Source: Azolla caroliniana (taxonomy: Eukaryota; Plantae; Polypodiophyta). From it: DNA of 64,000 nucleotides. Position 1 is the stretch's first letter, and each line of letters begins with the position of its first letter. Below the pieces are notes generated by a model that was not told the DNA's origin, made no database searches, and saw nothing but the letters and a program-made list of their open reading frames with translations. This document shows, one piece after another, positions 61,593 to 64,000 of the stretch. The translations under genes and the position numbers were made by a program. The stretch spans positions 15,252,001-15,316,000 of the forward strand of contig JBHGNT010000020.1 in assembly GCA_043228905.1 (NCBI GenBank). The letters are read 5' to 3'.

Positions 61593-63791
61593 AGAGTGTT
61601 GAGATATTGTTCTACATCTGACGGTTGCTTACAGCATTGTGTTCCCCATATGACGAGGGGTTGGCCGACTATTGCAATTATGCCAGGTGCAAGGCACATT
61701 CAACAGGGGGAATGTATGTTGGTTATCATGGCAAGCCCCAATTGACAAATACGAACATCAAATGGAGGGGATATGACGTTGTTGATAAAGGCATGAGATT
61801 TCACTTCTACCAGTGACAATATCCACTCAACTCCCATTAATGTCAAAGCTCAAGTCATGGTGGAATTGGTGTCAACCTAATAACATTATGAACTCTCTGG
61901 AAACATCGTTGTGGGTGGATCTTTTCCAATCAAACCAAGCATCATACGACATTATTGTAGGAGATATAGAGTAAAGTTGTAGCCACACTAAAGAGCCAAC
62001 TCGATGGCATCATGGTCAGATCCGATGGAGTCGAAAGACAACGATTATCCTTCATTCAACAATGGTTGTCCTCTCCCTTTCTTCAGTCAGTGGGCATCCA
62101 CATAACTTGGAACTATTGAGTCCTCTAAGATTTGTATATAACAATCTCAGCTATAAAAAATTTTAACTAATGCACGGAGTTTTGTTTTTTAGAAAAAAAA
62201 AAAAAGAAACACATAGTTCATACAAAAAAATTTGACATCTACTCAATTCCTTATTCTAATAGTGTAGCATTCTAGTTTAAAGGGTTGTTTAATGGGGGGG
62301 CATGGAAGGATTAAATTGCATGAAACAATTTTTTATGGGGTAATTGAGAGAGAAGTTTGAGAGGGCAGGGTTGATATCACTCAAAATAATTAGGCAGCTA
62401 AAGAAATTGAAGAGTAAAACCTCATTAAAGATTTTGATGACTTTGAAACTTTAAAGATTGGGGGGGAGAACTGGTCAAGGAGATATGAGTTCACCTCCAA
62501 GTTTACTCGATTTGACATTTTGTGTGACATTTTGTTGCATTGTGTTGCGTTCCATGAATTAAAAGTCAACTATAGGACTTCTTTATGGTATTCTTTTAAT
62601 GTATAGCCTCTCCACAATCTTCCATGACATCCTTTCAATAGTGTAATGGGTGGGTGGACAGCTACAATTCATGACTATGTAAGCCTTGTTTCTTTCATTT
62701 TATCTCAATGAGCTATATAAATAATTAGTAGTAGTATTTTCGCTGGATCCATGGGAACATGGGGAGCAGTGCCCTATCGATGCAAGCACATGTAACCACG
62801 ATCCAAGGGTATCACATAATGTCACATTTTAATATATTGTAAAACTCCTGGAAATTGGAAATCCTACCAACCATTAAAGTCTTTGGACAAGTGTCCATTT
62901 TCATTGACCTACATAATATTGGTCGGAGCCTCTTTATCTTTCGTAGACAAAATACGCGTTCTAAAAATTTGTCTACACACTACCAGCCAAAAACTGCAGA
63001 TGTCGTAAAATAATCGAAGGTGCCTGACATGCATGTATAGTGTCTTTTAGACCAAGCCAACTTTGACGTTTGTCTCTATGCCAAGCTGGAAATTTGACTT
63101 ACCATAAACAATCAAAAATATGGCTAAGATTTCGGCTTTAGCAGCAGCATGAAAAAATGAATTGTATAGTCAAGACACCACATGCTATACCACGCATATG
63201 AAGGCATTGTCTTTATACATAATATACACTACACAAAAATTTAGAACATCCATAAATCAATGTGAATTCTATCCGGCAGAAATTACTGTCTGCTTATTCA
63301 ACACTACTATAGCTTTTGCAGCCATAATCATGCGAGTTCAATGCTTGAGCAATACATTGCGTTTAATTAGGTTAAATAATAAAAGTTTGCACCTAAACAT
63401 ATGAATTTACACCACGCAAACTTTTATGGATCTCCCTAATGTTCCAAAAGCGACAGAGAAAGGTCCCCAAAACGGAGCCAATGTTTGCAATATCAATAAC
63501 CTTTTCGTCCACATTATTATCACAATTCCTTTTATTTCTTTCAGACAAATTGTGAAAGATACCTGCGTGAATAAAAAGAGTGACTAGGGTTGCCTTCTTT
63601 CCTTTCCCTGTCAAACCGAAGAGTCAGACGATCATTTAAGAGGAGAGTAATTATGGATCAAACCGACGATTAAGAGCACAGTTGTGAATTTTTAATGCTC
63701 AGAGTGTGAAGGGAGTTAACACCCCAACCCAAAACGCTTTCCTCCTCCACCTCCTCTTCCCATCCATCCACGCAGCAGCACTTACAATTAC

Positions 63792-64000
63792 ATGGCGTCC
63801 GCCTCCATCCGCATGATTCTTCTGTTGCTTCCCTGTTTCATCATCATCCACTTTCATCTCTCTGCCGCGCAATCCCCTTCTGGTAGTGAAAATCCAGAAT
63901 TAGAACTAGAACTTACATTTTTTACCGACTCCATTATATCTCTCTGTATCAGCTTATCTTACTAACCTCCTTGATGTTGCTTTCATGTAGGGTTTCTCAG
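63792..64000 (+). CDS. Start of a tandem paralogue of the malectin-like LRR-RLK (exon 1 63792-63882; exon 2 from 63991), cut by window end
   Basis: [30 protein letters not shown]|G versus [29 protein letters not shown]|G; identical acceptor context TTTCATGTAG|GGTTTCTCAG. Confidence 0.9.

Noticed and set aside
61600-63620. Possible gene or transposon fragments, including an LCGCPL-like peptide near 62100 and ORF 63393-63614
   Set aside because: Too short and degenerate to assign without a similarity search

Overview
Plant nuclear DNA. The mix of Tcn1-like chromoviruses, a Trp-primed non-chromovirus gypsy and an RTE-X-like LINE suggests a non-seed plant such as a fern or lycophyte (inference). 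There is one complete intron-rich malectin-like LRR receptor kinase gene (3187-8182, +) with a probable broken splice acceptor. The first exon of a tandem paralogue starts at 63792. Between the two genes lie about 55 kb of nested retroelements whose LTRs, target-site duplications (TSDs), primer sites and frameshift signals can be read directly. The most unusual signal is in two LTR families with dissimilar LTRs (14985-23965; 38122-40902 and its relative ending at 42746). They have no polypurine tract (PPT), and where it should be they carry a copy of the tRNA-Arg 3' end, so both inner LTR boundaries have inverted tRNA-Arg sites. This suggests tRNA-primed synthesis of both strands. Other notable signals: tRNA-like Pol III A/B boxes at the U3 tip of three chromovirus LTRs, Tf1-type self-priming sites, a -1 frameshift placed after the protease, repeated ACGT target use, and a regular hairpin array in a retroelement leader. 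Lineage names come from motif recognition only; no database search was run.
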